64,000 bases of DNA from Eledone cirrhosa (GCA_964016885.1 OZ024740.1:192076001-192140000); one strand, 5' to 3'. Shown: positions 1 through 13,962, counted from the stretch's first letter. Notes: generated by a model from the letters alone, not told the origin. Program-made: numbers and translations.

Positions 1-1540
1 CCGAATTCGTTGGGTTATCTTCAGTGTTGGAGGGAAGAGGTATGTTTGCTGGTAATGTTTCCGTGTTGGTTTTCTTTGTGGGGGAGATGGATGTCACTAT
101 GTTAGACTGTGTTGTTTGCTGTGTCTGCGGTGGTTGTGTTGTTTTATTGAGTGAGAGGTTGGGTGGGCCTGTATTTTGTTTTGGGGTAGTGATGTGACTG
201 TTTGTGTTGTGGTGGTGGTGTAGTTTTACTGAGGGACGGGTTGGGTGGGACTGAGTTTTGTTGTTTGTTTATCTGTTGTGGTGGTGGAACTGGTGTTGGT
301 AGCAGGGTTTTCTTTTTGTTGAGTTGGGGACAAGCGGCCTTCAGGTGCCCTCTGCCTGCACAGATATGGCAGGACGGCCTTCTCAGCTCCACGCTAATGT
401 TTATATACCCGTGGTCCTCTAATAGGATTCTGTCGGGTATTTGGGCGATGCGTTCAGGCTTCATTTGCACTACCAGCTCTATACCTGTTCCACTGAACGC
501 ATTGCCTGTGGTTTTCCCAATGGAAATCACGTTGTCATTCACTGGATCGATGAAGCCAGCTATGACCCAGCAGTAGTCCACACCTGGCATCATTGCATCC
601 AGCCATATGCGTTGAGTTCTTTTACCCATATAAGATGGATAAAAGGTAACATTTTTTTCGAACGAATCGGTGACAAAGGCCATTGTTTTGCCGCGATTCG
701 TTCTTCATGATAATTGCTAGGCTTCCATACAGTTTGTCTTTTCTTATGAAAGTGGTTTCATTAAGTACTTCTGTGAGTACTGTTTTGATATCTGCTTGAG
801 AAGGCTGTTCAGGTTTTTTTGTACTGTTGTTGATGGTCCGAAACTTGACCGTTCGGCTTTCAATGTCTTTGGTGAATTCTTGAGGCATTTTTACCGATAA
901 AATACCATTCTCTCCTTCACTTATGTATTGTTTGGCGTCTGTGATCCTTCGTGCCACATCTGAAATATTTTCCGGTATATAAGTCAAAGATTTCTATGTT
1001 TTCTGTGCAAATGAAATCTTGTCTGCTTTGCTTTCTGTTATGGTGTTATTTTCAAATGTTATTTTTGTGTTTGTTGTGTCTTTGTTTGTGGTGTTAGTAT
1101 GGTCATGCAATTTTTTTTTTTTGTTGGAATCCATGTCCAGATTTGTGTTTTCATCATTTTTTTCTCCGCAGATTCGTCCGTTTTTATTTTAATTTTTCCT
1201 TCCTTCTCTATGACGTTAGTTGGGAAGGAAGGGGGGGGGGGGACTAAAGCGTGCGAGCTTACAACTCTTACCGCTGTCCCCCCACCACTATTTTCGTTCG
1301 CTTCGTTTAACATTTCTGTCAGACGATTGAACTTTTTTTGCAACAAATTTTTTTTAAATAGGTTTTTCACCTCTAGGAGGGGTAAAGATGAGCGGACCCA
1401 CCACCTGACAGTTGAGACGGGGGGTCAAGCTACACAATAGTATCAAAATTAAATTTGAACTCACAAAATTTCCGCAATCAATTTGAACAAAACTTCTGCG
1501 CGAAGTGAATTACATCCACACTGTAGAACAGACGACAGCT
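1..1540 (-). mobile_element. 5' part (ORF1, gag-like) of an L1/Tx1-like non-LTR retrotransposon, frameshifted, running off the left edge
   Basis: Minus-strand ORF pieces 1059-1370, 622-987 and 144-683. The last has a CX2CX4HX4C zinc knuckle (CHICAGRGHLKAAC) followed by a Pro/Gln/Thr-rich tail. Homologous to the ORF at 63595-64000. Confidence 0.6.
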
Positions 1541-1566
1541 AGATTAATAGATAGATAAATAGATAT

Positions 1567-1633
<67 letters not shown>

Positions 1634-1697
1634 TATTTCTTTATTAGCCACAGGGGCACAAAAGAAGGGGACAAATACAAAGGGGGAAGTTTACATA

Positions 1698-1729
<32 letters not shown>

Positions 1730-1730
1730 C
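1541..1730. repeat. (AGAT)n microsatellite containing a short LINE 3'-end-like fragment
   Basis: GATA repeats flank ttctttattagccacagggg..., which reads AATAAA on the minus strand. Confidence 0.55.
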
Positions 1731-1880
1731 GTTATCACTATACAGATGTGATGACAGATTTGCACTCAAAATTCCCCATTTTGAGATCGTTTGGAAAAAA
1801 CGCGCATAGGTGTCTCTCATTCAACAAATAGACATGGTAACACGTACTTAAAATAAAAGAAAAACATTTGACCATCACTG

Positions 1881-1999
<119 letters not shown>

Positions 2000-2077
2000 T
2001 TTATGTATAGTGGTAGCTATGCTGCTTCTATAGGCGATATGAACAAATTAGCACTCGATATTCATCAGAGTAGAGTG

Positions 2078-2344
2078 TATATATTATCAAGAAAACGAAA
2101 AATCAGTGATGCATCTGGACTTAGTTTATTTCGTTTTACAAATGTTTCTCCGGCATGTAGCTCGAGTCATGGTCCTTGTATCGAGACATACTCCGGACAT
2201 AACAGACGTGTCTGAAAGAACCCTCAGAAGTAGAATCAGCCAGATCCATACAAGGACCATGACTCAAGCTACATGCCAGCGAAACATTTGTAACACGAAA
2301 TAAACTAAGTCCAGATGCATCACTGATTTTTTTTCGTTTTCTTG

Positions 2345-2350
<6 letters not shown>
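2078..2350 (+). mobile_element. Fold-back PLE pseudo-LTR relic with a degenerate large-stem-II hammerhead (2207-2297)
   Basis: Inverted arms ~2078-2181 and ~2246-2350, ending in (TA)n. Motif: cgtgt-CTGAAAGA...GAAAC-attt-GTA-acacg (stem I cgtgt/acacg), then AATAAA. Confidence 0.6.
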
Positions 2351-2379
<29 letters not shown>

Positions 2380-4013
2380 TTCTGATTGTTCGTGTGTGTG
2401 AGTGTGGGTGTGTACGTGTAGATATTTCATAGGGCAGCGTAGAGACGAGTTGTACTTGCTTCAATTAAAAATACACTTTTGATAACATTAACCACAAGTC
2501 TTAATAAATAGCTTCACTCGGTATAATGTGAGTGAGAGAAAGAGATTGCGCACTACATAATACAAAGTCACAGCGTAACCTAATATACATATAAATATTA
2601 TACATACAACATACATAAGGAACTGATGTTATTAATAATAAAATAAATGTCAATGCATGTAATTTTGAGAAGACAATACACTCTTAGATATACAAAAACA
2701 TCAGATTGTTACTGTTTAATAATATCTGACAATCAGACAAATGAATATTTTACATATGAAAAGTCTGGAGGGGTGTTGTGCCAAGTATATTTTCATAAAG
2801 AAAATCAGTTACATAAGCAATGACCAATATTTCATGCTATAATTTGTTTCACCTATAATATCACTTTACGAGGAACAATCCCATTAGACGTGTTATTCAT
2901 CAATCAAGAAACACACTTGACATGCAAGTGAACTATTTTCAAATGCCATCGTTTGAAATAGAGAGGAGTCAATGGTATTGTACCGCCTGATACAATATTT
3001 TAAAATAAATGAGAAAATCTTGGGATGGAATTCCTTTCAAAGTGCCTGTATCCTTTTGTATACAGCGTTGAACTATTAAGTGATACTTACAAAAGCAGTA
3101 ACAGCACAGACAATAAGCATTAATCCATAAATTAATATCTATTTTCGTTGTATATATATATATATTCATATCATTTTAATATAATGTTTAGTGTTGTGAT
3201 GGTATATTTGGTTTTTAGTGTATATATGCAAGATTTCGTCATCCTGTAAATAAATGACAAATAAAGGCATGATGCAAAAATGCATTAGAATTGATATTCC
3301 AAATATCGTTTAATCGTTTAATAATGTTTCATATATCTATGTCCTTCTATTTTAATATGCTATACAGATACACAGGATTTAAGAATTAATGAAATTACTT
3401 ATGTAATTCAATTTCTGTTAAAACGTTACGCGTTCCCATCCACCGAATCAGGAAAATAATCGCACCAAATATATTAAGTCATATGAGGATTCTTGTGTTT
3501 TGTTTCAATGTTTTGTTAAATATAATTGAAAATGCTATCAAGTATAAATATATTGATTTGCCTCACTGGAAAGAACTTCTACAGGCCTGAACTCAGGATT
3601 TTAAACCTGAATTCAATGTAAGCATCAAAATCATGATAATATAATATAAAACTAAAAGATGGTGGAGCGTATTTATTCTGATATATAGACACTGCAGAAA
3701 GTTTCGAAGGATTTATAAATGTCCGTTGATTTATTTGATTTACCCTTATCAGACTTTGTATTGAATAAATCTGTTTAGTGTAAAATTAAAATTCCGTTAT
3801 TGTCACAAAAAAAAAATTGGCATGCACATATACTCCAGATGTATACAAAGTGCAGATCACTTTCTTAAAGTATAATATGCTGGAATTATAGCCGTGACTT
3901 TGTACATATTTTACTTGTGTAATTTTATATATATATATATAAATATATTGAGGGACTCATTTTATAACATGTTATCCATGTGCAACCATGCAGTATTCTT
4001 CTTCCCATTTGCT

Positions 4014-4082
<69 letters not shown>

Positions 4083-4344
4083 ACACAAGAGGAAAACAGA
4101 GATATCAAACAAAGACATAGTACAATGAATTAATATGGTATTAGTTTTGCGCTTGATATATTAGGAAAAGGGAGTGGTGGTTGCGTTGGGAAAGGAGCCA
4201 GATGTGGTGGCGTCGAAAGACTGGGGGTAGAAGTAAAGGAGGTTATATCGTCGGAAAGGTAGCGTGGTGGGGTCTCAGATGAGGTGGAAAAGAAATATAT
4301 ATATATATATATATATATAAATGTATATATATATATATAAATAC

Positions 4345-4950
4345 ATGGTGGCTGCCAACTCGTTTTCGAGTACGGCCACTACTTTATATCCATGTAGGAG
4401 AACCCCTACCGAAGCGCTGAACGAGTGTGACATTTTAGTCCAGCCAGCGACTTGAAAACTCTGGTACAAACACTACACTTGTGACAATTATTGACACATA
4501 GTGCTGGGCCCATGGTACCATGTGACAACAGGTGCAGAGAGATCTCCAGATATAAAGGAATGCCTGTGCCGTGAAGCTTTTATAGTGAGCAAAGGCACTG
4601 CACAAAGCCAGTCCCACTCTCTAAACCAAGATGATATTTACTAAAAAGAAGATCAAGTCAACATCATTGGATACCATCAGGGTTGCAGGTGTTATATCAG
4701 AGTTTTCCTTCTCCTAGAATCCTGCCTTGACAAAGGCTAAGGGGTCATCTCTCCCGGTGATTTTGGATGGCCATTGACTCTTAAGAGTTCCTTTGCCCTT
4801 TGTCGGGTCACCAGTTGGTGCTACTGTTAACATGTATCCCAGTACAACCTGTCTCATGGTCGGGTCGTTGGCGACTAAACTGTCAACCCCACTAAGGTTT
4901 CTTGGTGAGGAGGGTGACTTTGGACATCCTGCAGGACTAAAAACAAAACA
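4345..4950 (-). mobile_element. Non-autonomous RTE-derived element (5' UTR fused to 3' end) with inverted 5' segment
   Basis: Homologous to 44730-45323. Contains ctaggagaaggaaaactctg (RTE 5'-UTR-like) and a C-terminal C..C.RVFKSL.GLK.H.R remnant. Segment 4803-4950 is flipped relative to the other copy. Confidence 0.6.
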
Positions 4951-6325
4951 TACGTACATACATACATACATACATACATACATACATACATACATACATA
5001 CATACATACATACATACATACATGCATATATACACATATATCGAAAATAGAATGAACATATTTCATCGCCAATTCACTATAGAAAATAGTATGATATTAG
5101 GGAATATGCAACCCAGTAAATTACAAAAATATGTGCGTAACGTGCATGGGTATTCCAGACCGATTACACTAAAATTGTCTAACATACCTAACGCGAAAAT
5201 AAGCAGTGACAGTTAGATTACTACACACGTTGATTAACAATTTTTCAGTTATGGAGGTACTTATTCTTTAACATTACATTATTTTCTATAGTCAGTTTAC
5301 GGTAAAATATTCTAATACTATATTGAAAAACATTTGATCACCACCGCATCTCAATACACACGCGAAGAAGGTGTATCCCCTCAATTTTCCTATTACTACA
5401 TTATTTATTTGATTTTGCAGCGTTAACCACTCAAAACTGTAGATCACGCTCTGTTACATCTTCAAAAATATATCTCTGTGAATGTATATATTGTAAAGTA
5501 AATGTTAAGGAAATTTTAAGTTATACATGTTTCTGAAGGTTTATTAATTTTTGCCAAGCAACGCTACAGTGTGCTATATCTATAACCATTTAGAGTAGTG
5601 AGGAATTTACAAGCTACATTTTATTCCTTAATTTTAATTGCTTTCGTATATTAAAACCATGGCAAATCCCGAATTGCGTTCTGTAAAAATTTTAAAGGAA
5701 AATATTAATGCAAAGAGATGGGAGTGGAGTAAATAGATTAGAACAGAGAATTGTATGAAAAGTAAATGAAAATACGAAATAAATGAAATTAAGTGTCATA
5801 TACCTGTAAGTTAACTGATGTGAAATACATAAAATATACATGCAGCGAGAAAACTGCAATATAAATTCCAAAGGTGCGTGAAATAAAATTTGTGAATGTC
5901 GAATAACAGTTATAATAATTAGTTCTTCAAACATGGGACCCTAACACGTATCCTTAAGTGTATAGTATTATATACAGCTTCTCCCTCCTTACACACATGG
6001 TATTATTTGTAACTGAAACTTATTTCTTAATATAATCGATGACAAGTCATGCGAAATGAAAGAGATAACACCATCAGAAGTCAATATTCGAGAAAAATTC
6101 AATGATTCTGACCTTCGTCATATGAACATCATTATATATATTTATTTTTATCAACATTTTAATTCATTAATTTGCAACAAAATCATATTCATTTGAAGCA
6201 TGGAGATTGGGTTCAACATAACAATGAATAAGACCAGCGATTTAAGTTGTAATGTTGAAAACATTTACATTCTTAGAAGAAAAGTAGGGTGAATTAAAAA
6301 AAGGAAAAATGACTGCATTATTCTT

Positions 6326-6510
6326 GGTGGATTGGCAGTATCGGTAGAGGGTCGGACGCCATGCTTTCCAGCATAGTTACGTCCCTTTACGATCTGAGTT
6401 CAAATCCCGCCGAGGTTGACTTTTCCTTTCATCCTTACGCGGTCGATAAAAGAAAGTACCAGTAATGTACTGGGTAGTTGCTGGCCTTGTGCCTAAATTA
6501 GAAACAATTA
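6326..6510 (+). mobile_element. tRNA-derived SINE (octopod-type)
   Basis: A-box-like tggcagtatcgg, B-box gagttcaaatccc, body cctttcatccttacg..gtcgataaa, tail tagaaacaatta. TSD attattctt at 6317-6325 and 6507-6515. Several more copies in the window. Confidence 0.85.
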
Positions 6511-6551
6511 TTCTTAATTGCTCGACTCTAATGTTTCAGCCCAGGTTACAG

Positions 6552-6612
6552 ATGGAAGTTACCGTATATGGATTCATCCCAAAAAACCGAATGGTATGAG
6601 TTGGAACATAAA
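6552..6612 (+). pseudogene. Possible decayed exon of an M12B (ADAM/ADAMTS-like) metalloprotease prodomain
   Basis: Follows ttacag. Reads YGFIPK/(frameshift)TEWYELEH, resembling the G.I....Y.IEP prodomain motif. By-eye similarity only. Confidence 0.25.
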
Positions 6613-6865
6613 TGTGCGAAAGTGTATGCTGCAAAGCATAGTGCCCGACGCTCTACCGATATTGCAAATATACCGTCCTCTTGTCTGTGCATTATAAGTA
6701 CAGCAAAACCTTGCTGTGATATGCTAAGCTGTGATAATGCCACATCTATCTAGGCAGCCAGTGAGAATGACAGGCACGTGTTTCTGGATTTCAATGTCAT
6801 CGGATAAATGTACTTATTATATATATATGTATATACGTATATACGTATATATATATATATGTACG

Positions 6866-7056
6866 AACATATTGAAGACCCCGACGGCAGAGCTCAAGCC
6901 GTTTCGCCGGCTATTTCTGGATTCATAGCCGTCGAAACGGCTTGAGCTCTGCCGTCGGGGTCTTGAACATTTTCCTATTACTCACTCTACTGCCCAAGTA
7001 TTGCGTACTCTCGTGCGTTATGGTCCATCTGGTTCCCTACCACAATTCCTTCGTTA
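6866..7056 (+). mobile_element. Fold-back PLE 3'-end relic with 3' half of a hammerhead
   Basis: Hairpin 6873-6965. GAAAC-ggcttgagctctgcc-GTC-gggg gives a stable stem III. Ends in (TA)n. Same family inverted at 28260-28466. Confidence 0.6.
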
Positions 7057-7488
7057 TATATATATATATAAACACATTTATTTGCATACTTACACACAAG
7101 CAGAAACAACACAGAACTTTACTGTTTTTTATTCACAATAATTCGATGAGACATATTTCACATTTCTGAAGTTTCTCTCTGAGGGCTCCCCAGTGGACTC
7201 TCATTGGTAATGGATGGCAAATCCGAAAATATCATTCTCACTATTCTACTTTACTTCACGGCTTTCTTTCATTCTTCTACATTTTTATTACCCTGGCATC
7301 TTTATCAAACTCGAATTGAGCTTCCAAATAACCATACTAGTTTCTTATTTATATTTGTATCTCACATAAACATACATACACACACACGCACGCACACATA
7401 CACACGTGTGTATATATAATACATATTTAAAATATAGTCAGTGATATATGTTATATCTCATTGAATAATATCGCTTAAAATATATTCA

Positions 7489-7722
7489 GAGAAGCTCATG
7501 AACACAAATATAGGACTATCTCAAATATTGTTCAGAATTGAACAAATGGAAGATCGCAGTAAAATACTTCAAATAAAGAAAACTTATAAGCGGATCAACC
7601 CGGGGTAAACGGCTTGTCAAGCGATCTGAATCTAGGGTCTTAACAAATGGTTCCACTACTGCAATTCCAGAAACTATAGTAATGGAATTAGCCATCTCAA
7701 TCAAGATACTTATTTCTGCGTG
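7489..7722 (+). pseudogene. Possible decayed M12B metalloprotease exon (furin site and start of catalytic domain)
   Basis: Follows attcag. 7610-7722 reads RLVKRSESRVLTNGSTTAIPETIVMELAISIK, like RxKR followed by xVxELAIxxD. Stops and frameshifts present. Confidence 0.3.
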
Positions 7723-7874
7723 ATCCATGCATGTTTTGAGATTGTTCTATATGTATATATACATACACTCACACACACATACACACATACACACATACAC
7801 ACACACACACACACAGACACAGCCATACACACACAGACACTCCGCACCCACATATATATATATATATATGTATG

Positions 7875-7931
<57 letters not shown>

Positions 7932-8028
7932 TTGAGGTTGGTAATGGCACATGGAATATATAAGAGACAGAATGCTTTTTTGTGAAAAAACATAATTTTA
8001 TAAGGTAAGGAAATAATAAAGGGTATAA

Positions 8029-8076
8029 AAAATGACCGGTTTCGATGGGTCTGCAAAAGCCATCTTTTCAAATGTT
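8029..8076 (-). ncRNA. Type I minimal hammerhead ribozyme motif (U3-A8 core) in PLE pseudo-LTR
   Basis: aacat-TTGAAAA-gatgg(cttttgcagac)ccatc-GAAAC-cg-GTC-atttt. Confidence 0.7.
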
Positions 8077-11067
8077 GATTAATATTAAGAAAAATTAATA
8101 ATACGAAGAGTTAAAATTTGAGATTTGAAAATTCAAGTATAAAATTCAGTGTGGGATTTCATAGCAGTTTTCATCTAGGTAGCAACAACAGGTTGACTGC
8201 TGTGTCCCTTTCTGGTAGTGAATGAGAAGTTATTTGGGGTGTGGGTTATTTTATAAAGGTCAGATTTAGCAATCGTCAACTGGCCAGCTGCTGGTCAGTG
8301 AGGGGGTGGAAGCAATATACATACACATATCTTCCTGTGGTGGGTAGGATAGTGGAGCGTGATAGAAAGGGATTTAGTGCACTTACACCTATATATACAC
8401 ACATACCTTCATCCACACATACATACATATGCATATACATATACATATATATATATATATATATATACATATACACACATACATACACACACACATACAT
8501 ATACATACACACATACACACACACACATATATACACATACACACACATATATATATATACACACACACACATATATATACATACACATACATCCAGATAC
8601 ACACATACATACACACACACACACACACGCACACACAATACATATATCCACATGCACACACATACACACACACACATATACACATACATACACCCACACA
8701 GAAATGGCCTCCAAACATATATATATATACATACATACACATATATTTTTTTCCATAATATAAGAAGTTAGGACGGTAAAATTAAAATACAAGTCATTCT
8801 GATCACATTGAGTTCTTCATGTAGATTGGGCCCCGCAACCGACAGTGGTGAATTCTGTGTGCGCATATATATATAGATATATGTGTGTGCACGTGCAGGG
8901 TTTGACATGGATGTGTTGGTCACACAAAGGCATGGTCTGTCAACGAATAAACCTGATTCTACAGAATTGGTCTCTGGTCTTTAATAGTAGTGATTCCGTG
9001 CGTATGTGTGTTTATATTTTATGACAATTCTATTGGGGTGATAACCCGTTTAGTTTTGGTTTAAATTTGTTAAGGAATAGATTTTCTTTGTTTATTCTTT
9101 GTTGCTGTGTGAACGAATCTGAGCACTTGTAGAAGGGGAAGATTTTAAAGTTGGGTAGTGTCATTCCTGCGCAGTTCGCAATATGGCTGCTCAAGGGGAT
9201 TTTTCTTGTGTTAGCGTCCCGGATTTGTTGGCGGTGGATGGTCATTATTTTGCGTAATGAGGTGCCCGTCTGTCCTATGTAGTTGTGTTTGCACCCACCG
9301 CAAGTTATTGCGTAAATCAAGTTCTCCGAGTTGCAGGTGAAATTGTTTTTTACTGTAAATGTTTGGCCATCTTTGAATGTAAATGTTTGTCCTTCAGTGA
9401 GGTAGAGGCACGTTCCACAGTTTGTTCTACCACATTTGGTAACTAGGGTTGAGGATTGGTTTGGGTATATTTGGTCCAGTGAGAATGCGTTTAAGTGATT
9501 TGGGTTGTCTTTTACTTTTAAGGATCTTGTGTGTTTCAAGAATAGACTTCATTTTTACATCTTTAAGTAGGATGGGGAGGTTTTTGTGTAGGTGATAAAA
9601 CATTTCGGTATTTCTGGGGTTGAAAGTGGATACATATGGCAGGGTGTTTAGTGTGGTTTTCTGTTTTGGATTGTTAAGTTGATGGGGATTTAGGTGTTTT
9701 GCCCTGTCTATTCCATTGTTGATTATTTCAAGTGGAAAGGCTCTTAAGATAAGGGTGTCTTTTAGTTCCTTTAGTCTTTGCTCCCGTTTAGGTGGATTTA
9801 CAGTAAAAACAATTTCACCTGCAACTCGGAGAACTTGATTTACGCAATAACTTGCGGTGGGTGCAAACACAACTACATAGGACCGACGGGCACCTCATTA
9901 CGCAAAAGAATGACCATCCACCGCCAACAAATCCGGGACGCTAACACAAGAAAAATCCCCTTGAGCAGCCATATTGCGAACTGCGCAGGAATGACACTAC
10001 CCAACTTTAAAATCTTCCCCTTCTACAAGTGCTCAGATTCGTTCGCACAGCAACAAAGAATAAACAAAGAAAATCTATTCCTTAACAAATTTAAACCAAA
10101 ACTAAACGGGTTATCACCCCAATAGAATTGTCATAAAATATAAACACACATACGCACGGAATCACTACTATTAAAGACCAGAGACCAATTCTGTAGAATC
10201 AGGTTTATTCGTTGACAGACCATGCCTTTGTGTGACCAACACATCCATGTTAAACCCTGCACGTGCACACACATATATCTATATATATATGCGCACACAG
10301 AATTCACCACTGTCGGTTGCGGGGCCCAATCTACATGAAGAACTCAATGTGATCAGAATGACTTGTATTTTAATTTCACTGTCCTAACTTCTTATATTAT
10401 GGAAAAAATATATGTGTATGTATGTATATATATATATGTTTGGAGGCCATTTCTCTGTGTGGGTGTATGTATGTGTATATGTGTGTGTGTGTATGTGTGT
10501 GCATGTGGATGTATGTATTGTGTGTGCGTGTGTGTGTGTGTATGTATGTGTGTATCTGGATGTATGTGTATGTATATATATGTGTGTGTATATATATATG
10601 TTTGTGTATGTGTATATATGTGTGTGTGTGTATGTGTGTATGTATATGTATGTGTGTGTATGTATGTGTGTATATGTATATATATATATATATATATGTA
10701 TATGTATATGTATATGTATGTATGTGTGGATGAAGGTATGTGTGTGTATATATAGGTGTAAGTGCACTAAATCCCTTTCTATCACGCTCCACTATCCTAC
10801 CCACCACAGGAAGATATGTGTATGTATATTGCTTCCACCCCCTCACTGACCAGCAGCTGGCCAGTTGACGATTGCTAAATCTGACCTTTATAAAATAACC
10901 CACACCCCAAATAACTTCTCATTCACTACCAGAAAGGGACACAGCAGTCAACCTGTTGTTGCTATCTAGATGAAAACTGCTATGAAATCCCACAATGAAT
11001 TTTATACTTGAATTTTCAAATCTCAAATTTTAACTCTTCGTATTATTAATTTTTCTTAATATTAATC

Positions 11068-11115
11068 AACATTTGAAAAGATGGCTTTTGCAGACCCATC
11101 GAAACCGGTCATTTT
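11068..11115 (+). ncRNA. Type I minimal hammerhead ribozyme motif (U3-A8 core) in PLE pseudo-LTR
   Basis: Same motif as 8029-8076. Stem II gatgg/ccatc, GUC cleavage triplet. Confidence 0.7.
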
Positions 11116-11251
11116 TTATACCCTTTATTATTTCCTTACCTTATAAAATTATGTTTTTTCACAAAAAAGTATTCTGTCTCTTATGTATTCCATGTGCCAT
11201 TACCAACCTCAATTTTCTCTATAACCTTCGTTTTGTGTAAAAAATTACACT

Positions 11252-11283
<32 letters not shown>

Positions 11284-11287
<4 letters not shown>

Positions 11288-11536
11288 AAAAAGGGATGAA
11301 ATCGAAAATGCAACTGAAGTCTTATTTTTTTAAAAAATATATATATTTATTTGGTTCCTTTACCGGTTTCGCAGTTCTTCTGCTTTTCAAAAGGTGAGTT
11401 AAAGGAACCAAATAAATATATATATTTAAAAAAAAAATAAGACTTCAGTTGCATTTTCGATTACATCCCTTTTTCTTTATACTTCCACTCGTGTAGGACA
11501 CCTCGGTTATTTTTCATTTTGTAAAAAAAACCTCAA

Positions 11537-11603
<67 letters not shown>

Positions 11604-11608
11604 CATAC

Positions 11609-11659
<51 letters not shown>

Positions 11660-11870
11660 AGAAAGTGAGGTTTTTTTTACAAAATGAAAAATAACCGAGG
11701 TGTCATACACGAGTGAAAGTATAACGAAAAAGAGATGAAATCGAAAATGCAACTGGAGTCTTATTTTTTTTTTAAATATATATAATTATTTGGTTCCTTT
11801 ACCGGTTTCGCAGTTCTTCTGCTTTTCAAAAGGTGAGTTGAGATGGAGGGTCTGTGGTTTTTCTCACATC
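11284..11870. mobile_element. Nested fold-back PLE 3'-end relics with two hammerheads (11357-11394 and 11796-11833, minus)
   Basis: Inverted arms 11284-11361/11400-11480 and ~11480-11545/11656-11720. Motif: cctt-TTGAAAA-gcag(aagaa)ctgc-GAAAC-cg-GTA-aagg. Confidence 0.75.
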
Positions 11871-11897
11871 TGTATATTTATACACACACACACACAC

Positions 11898-11935
<38 letters not shown>

Positions 11936-12890
11936 AAAAGATAGAGGCATGTTTTTAAACACTTATTAACCACATGTTATAACCGTTTGCTTGCGAAGGC
12001 ATATCACGATTATATTTCCTCCAGCCATCAAGTGTCGGTCTTTTCTTTCTCACACTCTTTCAACATTATGTGCCTGAACTTTACACAGCAGACACACTTA
12101 ACACTTTGATTACATTCATTTGTATCTACAACTGGATATACATTTTTTTTTCCTGTAACTTTTCTCTTGTCTGTGTCTGATCCATCCTAGATAGCTTATA
12201 TTACACATCAACGCCGCATCACGTCATAGCCAGAGTTCTATATCAAGAGAATCACTGTGAATACATTCATTTCTTTCTTCAAGTTATTTTTGTTCCCATA
12301 GTTCCTTTTTTTCTGCGTGTCTTTCAACCCCAAATCTTACATTACACGATCATGCCGCAGCCTTTCGCAGTGAAATTTCTACATCAAGTGAAATTGATGA
12401 AGTACTTGCAACTTGTAATCGATTTTCATTTTGTTGCCTGTTTAATGGTTCATTGACAACAGGAATTCAATCAACTTCAAGGTAGGGTCATGCAGTTGAG
12501 TGGATTTTATGAAGACATATTGTTTCTTCGAAATATTTAATTAGACATGCTATGGCACCGCAACTTAAAGATTGTCAATATGATGGCAAAGGTCAATTTT
12601 ATTGGCTTGCAGTGCAGTAGTGATATTGTCATCGTTATATTTAATTAACATTCGTCAGATTTAAATTCAATACTAAGATAAAAAATAAGGACAATTAGTT
12701 ACATTCCGAACCATACACAAATAAAAGGTGTGTGATTCTAATAATATGCTAGCAAGGCAATATATACAATATGTACATTTAGATATAAGATTAGTTTCCG
12801 CTAAAGCTTTTATACACGAGCTCACTCGCTTTCATACACAAACATTCTTCCGACACACGGACACTCGCACACACACAAACACATTGGTAT

Positions 12891-12950
<60 letters not shown>

Positions 12951-13020
12951 TTATTTATTAAAATAACAGATTAAAGTTTAAGCAAAGAATCGCTGCATCT
13001 TCTGAAACTAAAAAAAAATC

Positions 13021-13155
13021 AATCTGTGAACGCAGAAGTAAATATTTCGAAAAACGTTGCAACCGAAGGAAAACGGGAAGACGATACTTTGGTTCGTGAA
13101 GACGTTCCCTGGCAATGAACGGAAAAAAGCGAAGATAATACGTCATTATGTGGGA
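13021..13155. mobile_element. Internal fragment of the Helitron-like element at 34039-35212
   Basis: Reverse-complement match to ~34846-34980. Confidence 0.65.
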
Positions 13156-13962
13156 CGCCGAGAACAATTACACACAAAGACAAAACCACGTATATTGGAT
13201 AAATGAAGTCGTGACTAATATTCTATTTAGGAAAGCGAATGATTCTCGGCTTCAGAGTTAAGAAGAATTGTTTCTACTTTTGGCAAAAGGCCAGCAATTG
13301 CCCAGTACAGAGTTAAGAATAATGTAAATTGGTAGAACGAAAGTGACTGAGGTTATCAAAATCAACAATAATTAAATATATACATACACGCATTCGTATA
13401 ACCCACTATGAATGCATATACAAGCATGTACACATAAACACGCGCACACATACATAAACCCACGTGACACAAGGACCCGCACACATATTAACGTATACAC
13501 TAAATACACATAACAAAATATATATGTGTGTACGTGTGTGTATATGTACATATAATTATATAAACGTATATAAATATACACACGTAAATATGCACGCACA
13601 CACATACCTACAGGTAAATACAGAAATGTACACTAAACGTACATCAACCAAAATACAAAGTGCACATATACACAGACCTTACATAAGTGCAAATACGCAT
13701 ACCCACACAAACATAAAATACACATATACACATAACCATATACACATGTACCCGTATATATAATGTAATATATACACCTATAACAAATACAAGCAAATAT
13801 ACGTACGAGAAATTATAGGCACTTTCACAAAACATACGGGTGAGGCATACTTACCTACACAAATAATTAATGGTACAAACATAAAATATACTTAGCTACC
13901 ACATCAAGACGTAAATTGTCCACGCATTGTTCGTACTATCCGTTAGGGTATAATGTGGGGCT

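Larger units (their letters stand above)
7926..11256. mobile_element. Palindromic (tail-out) insertion of two 5'-truncated Neptune-like Penelope elements
   Basis: Minus arm 7926-9797 and plus arm 9796-11256 are near-identical, joined at an 'at' microhomology. Both encode a GIY-YIG endonuclease ([27 protein letters not shown]...LSSH...E...KPKLN); the minus arm also has the [10 protein letters not shown] linker. Flanked by (TA)n. Confidence 0.92.

Noticed and set aside
7926-11256. Palindromes as long-read fold-back assembly artefacts
   Set aside because: Arms differ in length, SNPs and microsatellite lengths, and inverted insertion is known PLE behaviour; raw reads would settle it.
12000-12620. 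Possible Ginger-like transposase C-terminal relic on the minus strand (EISLRKAA)
   Set aside because: Too decayed; a single short motif.
13885-13940. Hairpin downstream of the 14-kb PLE stop as a SECIS (minus: acgaacaatgcgtggacaatttacgtcttgat)
   Set aside because: 5' core is ACGA rather than AUGA and the helix register does not fit the GA quartet; needs SECISearch on a consensus.
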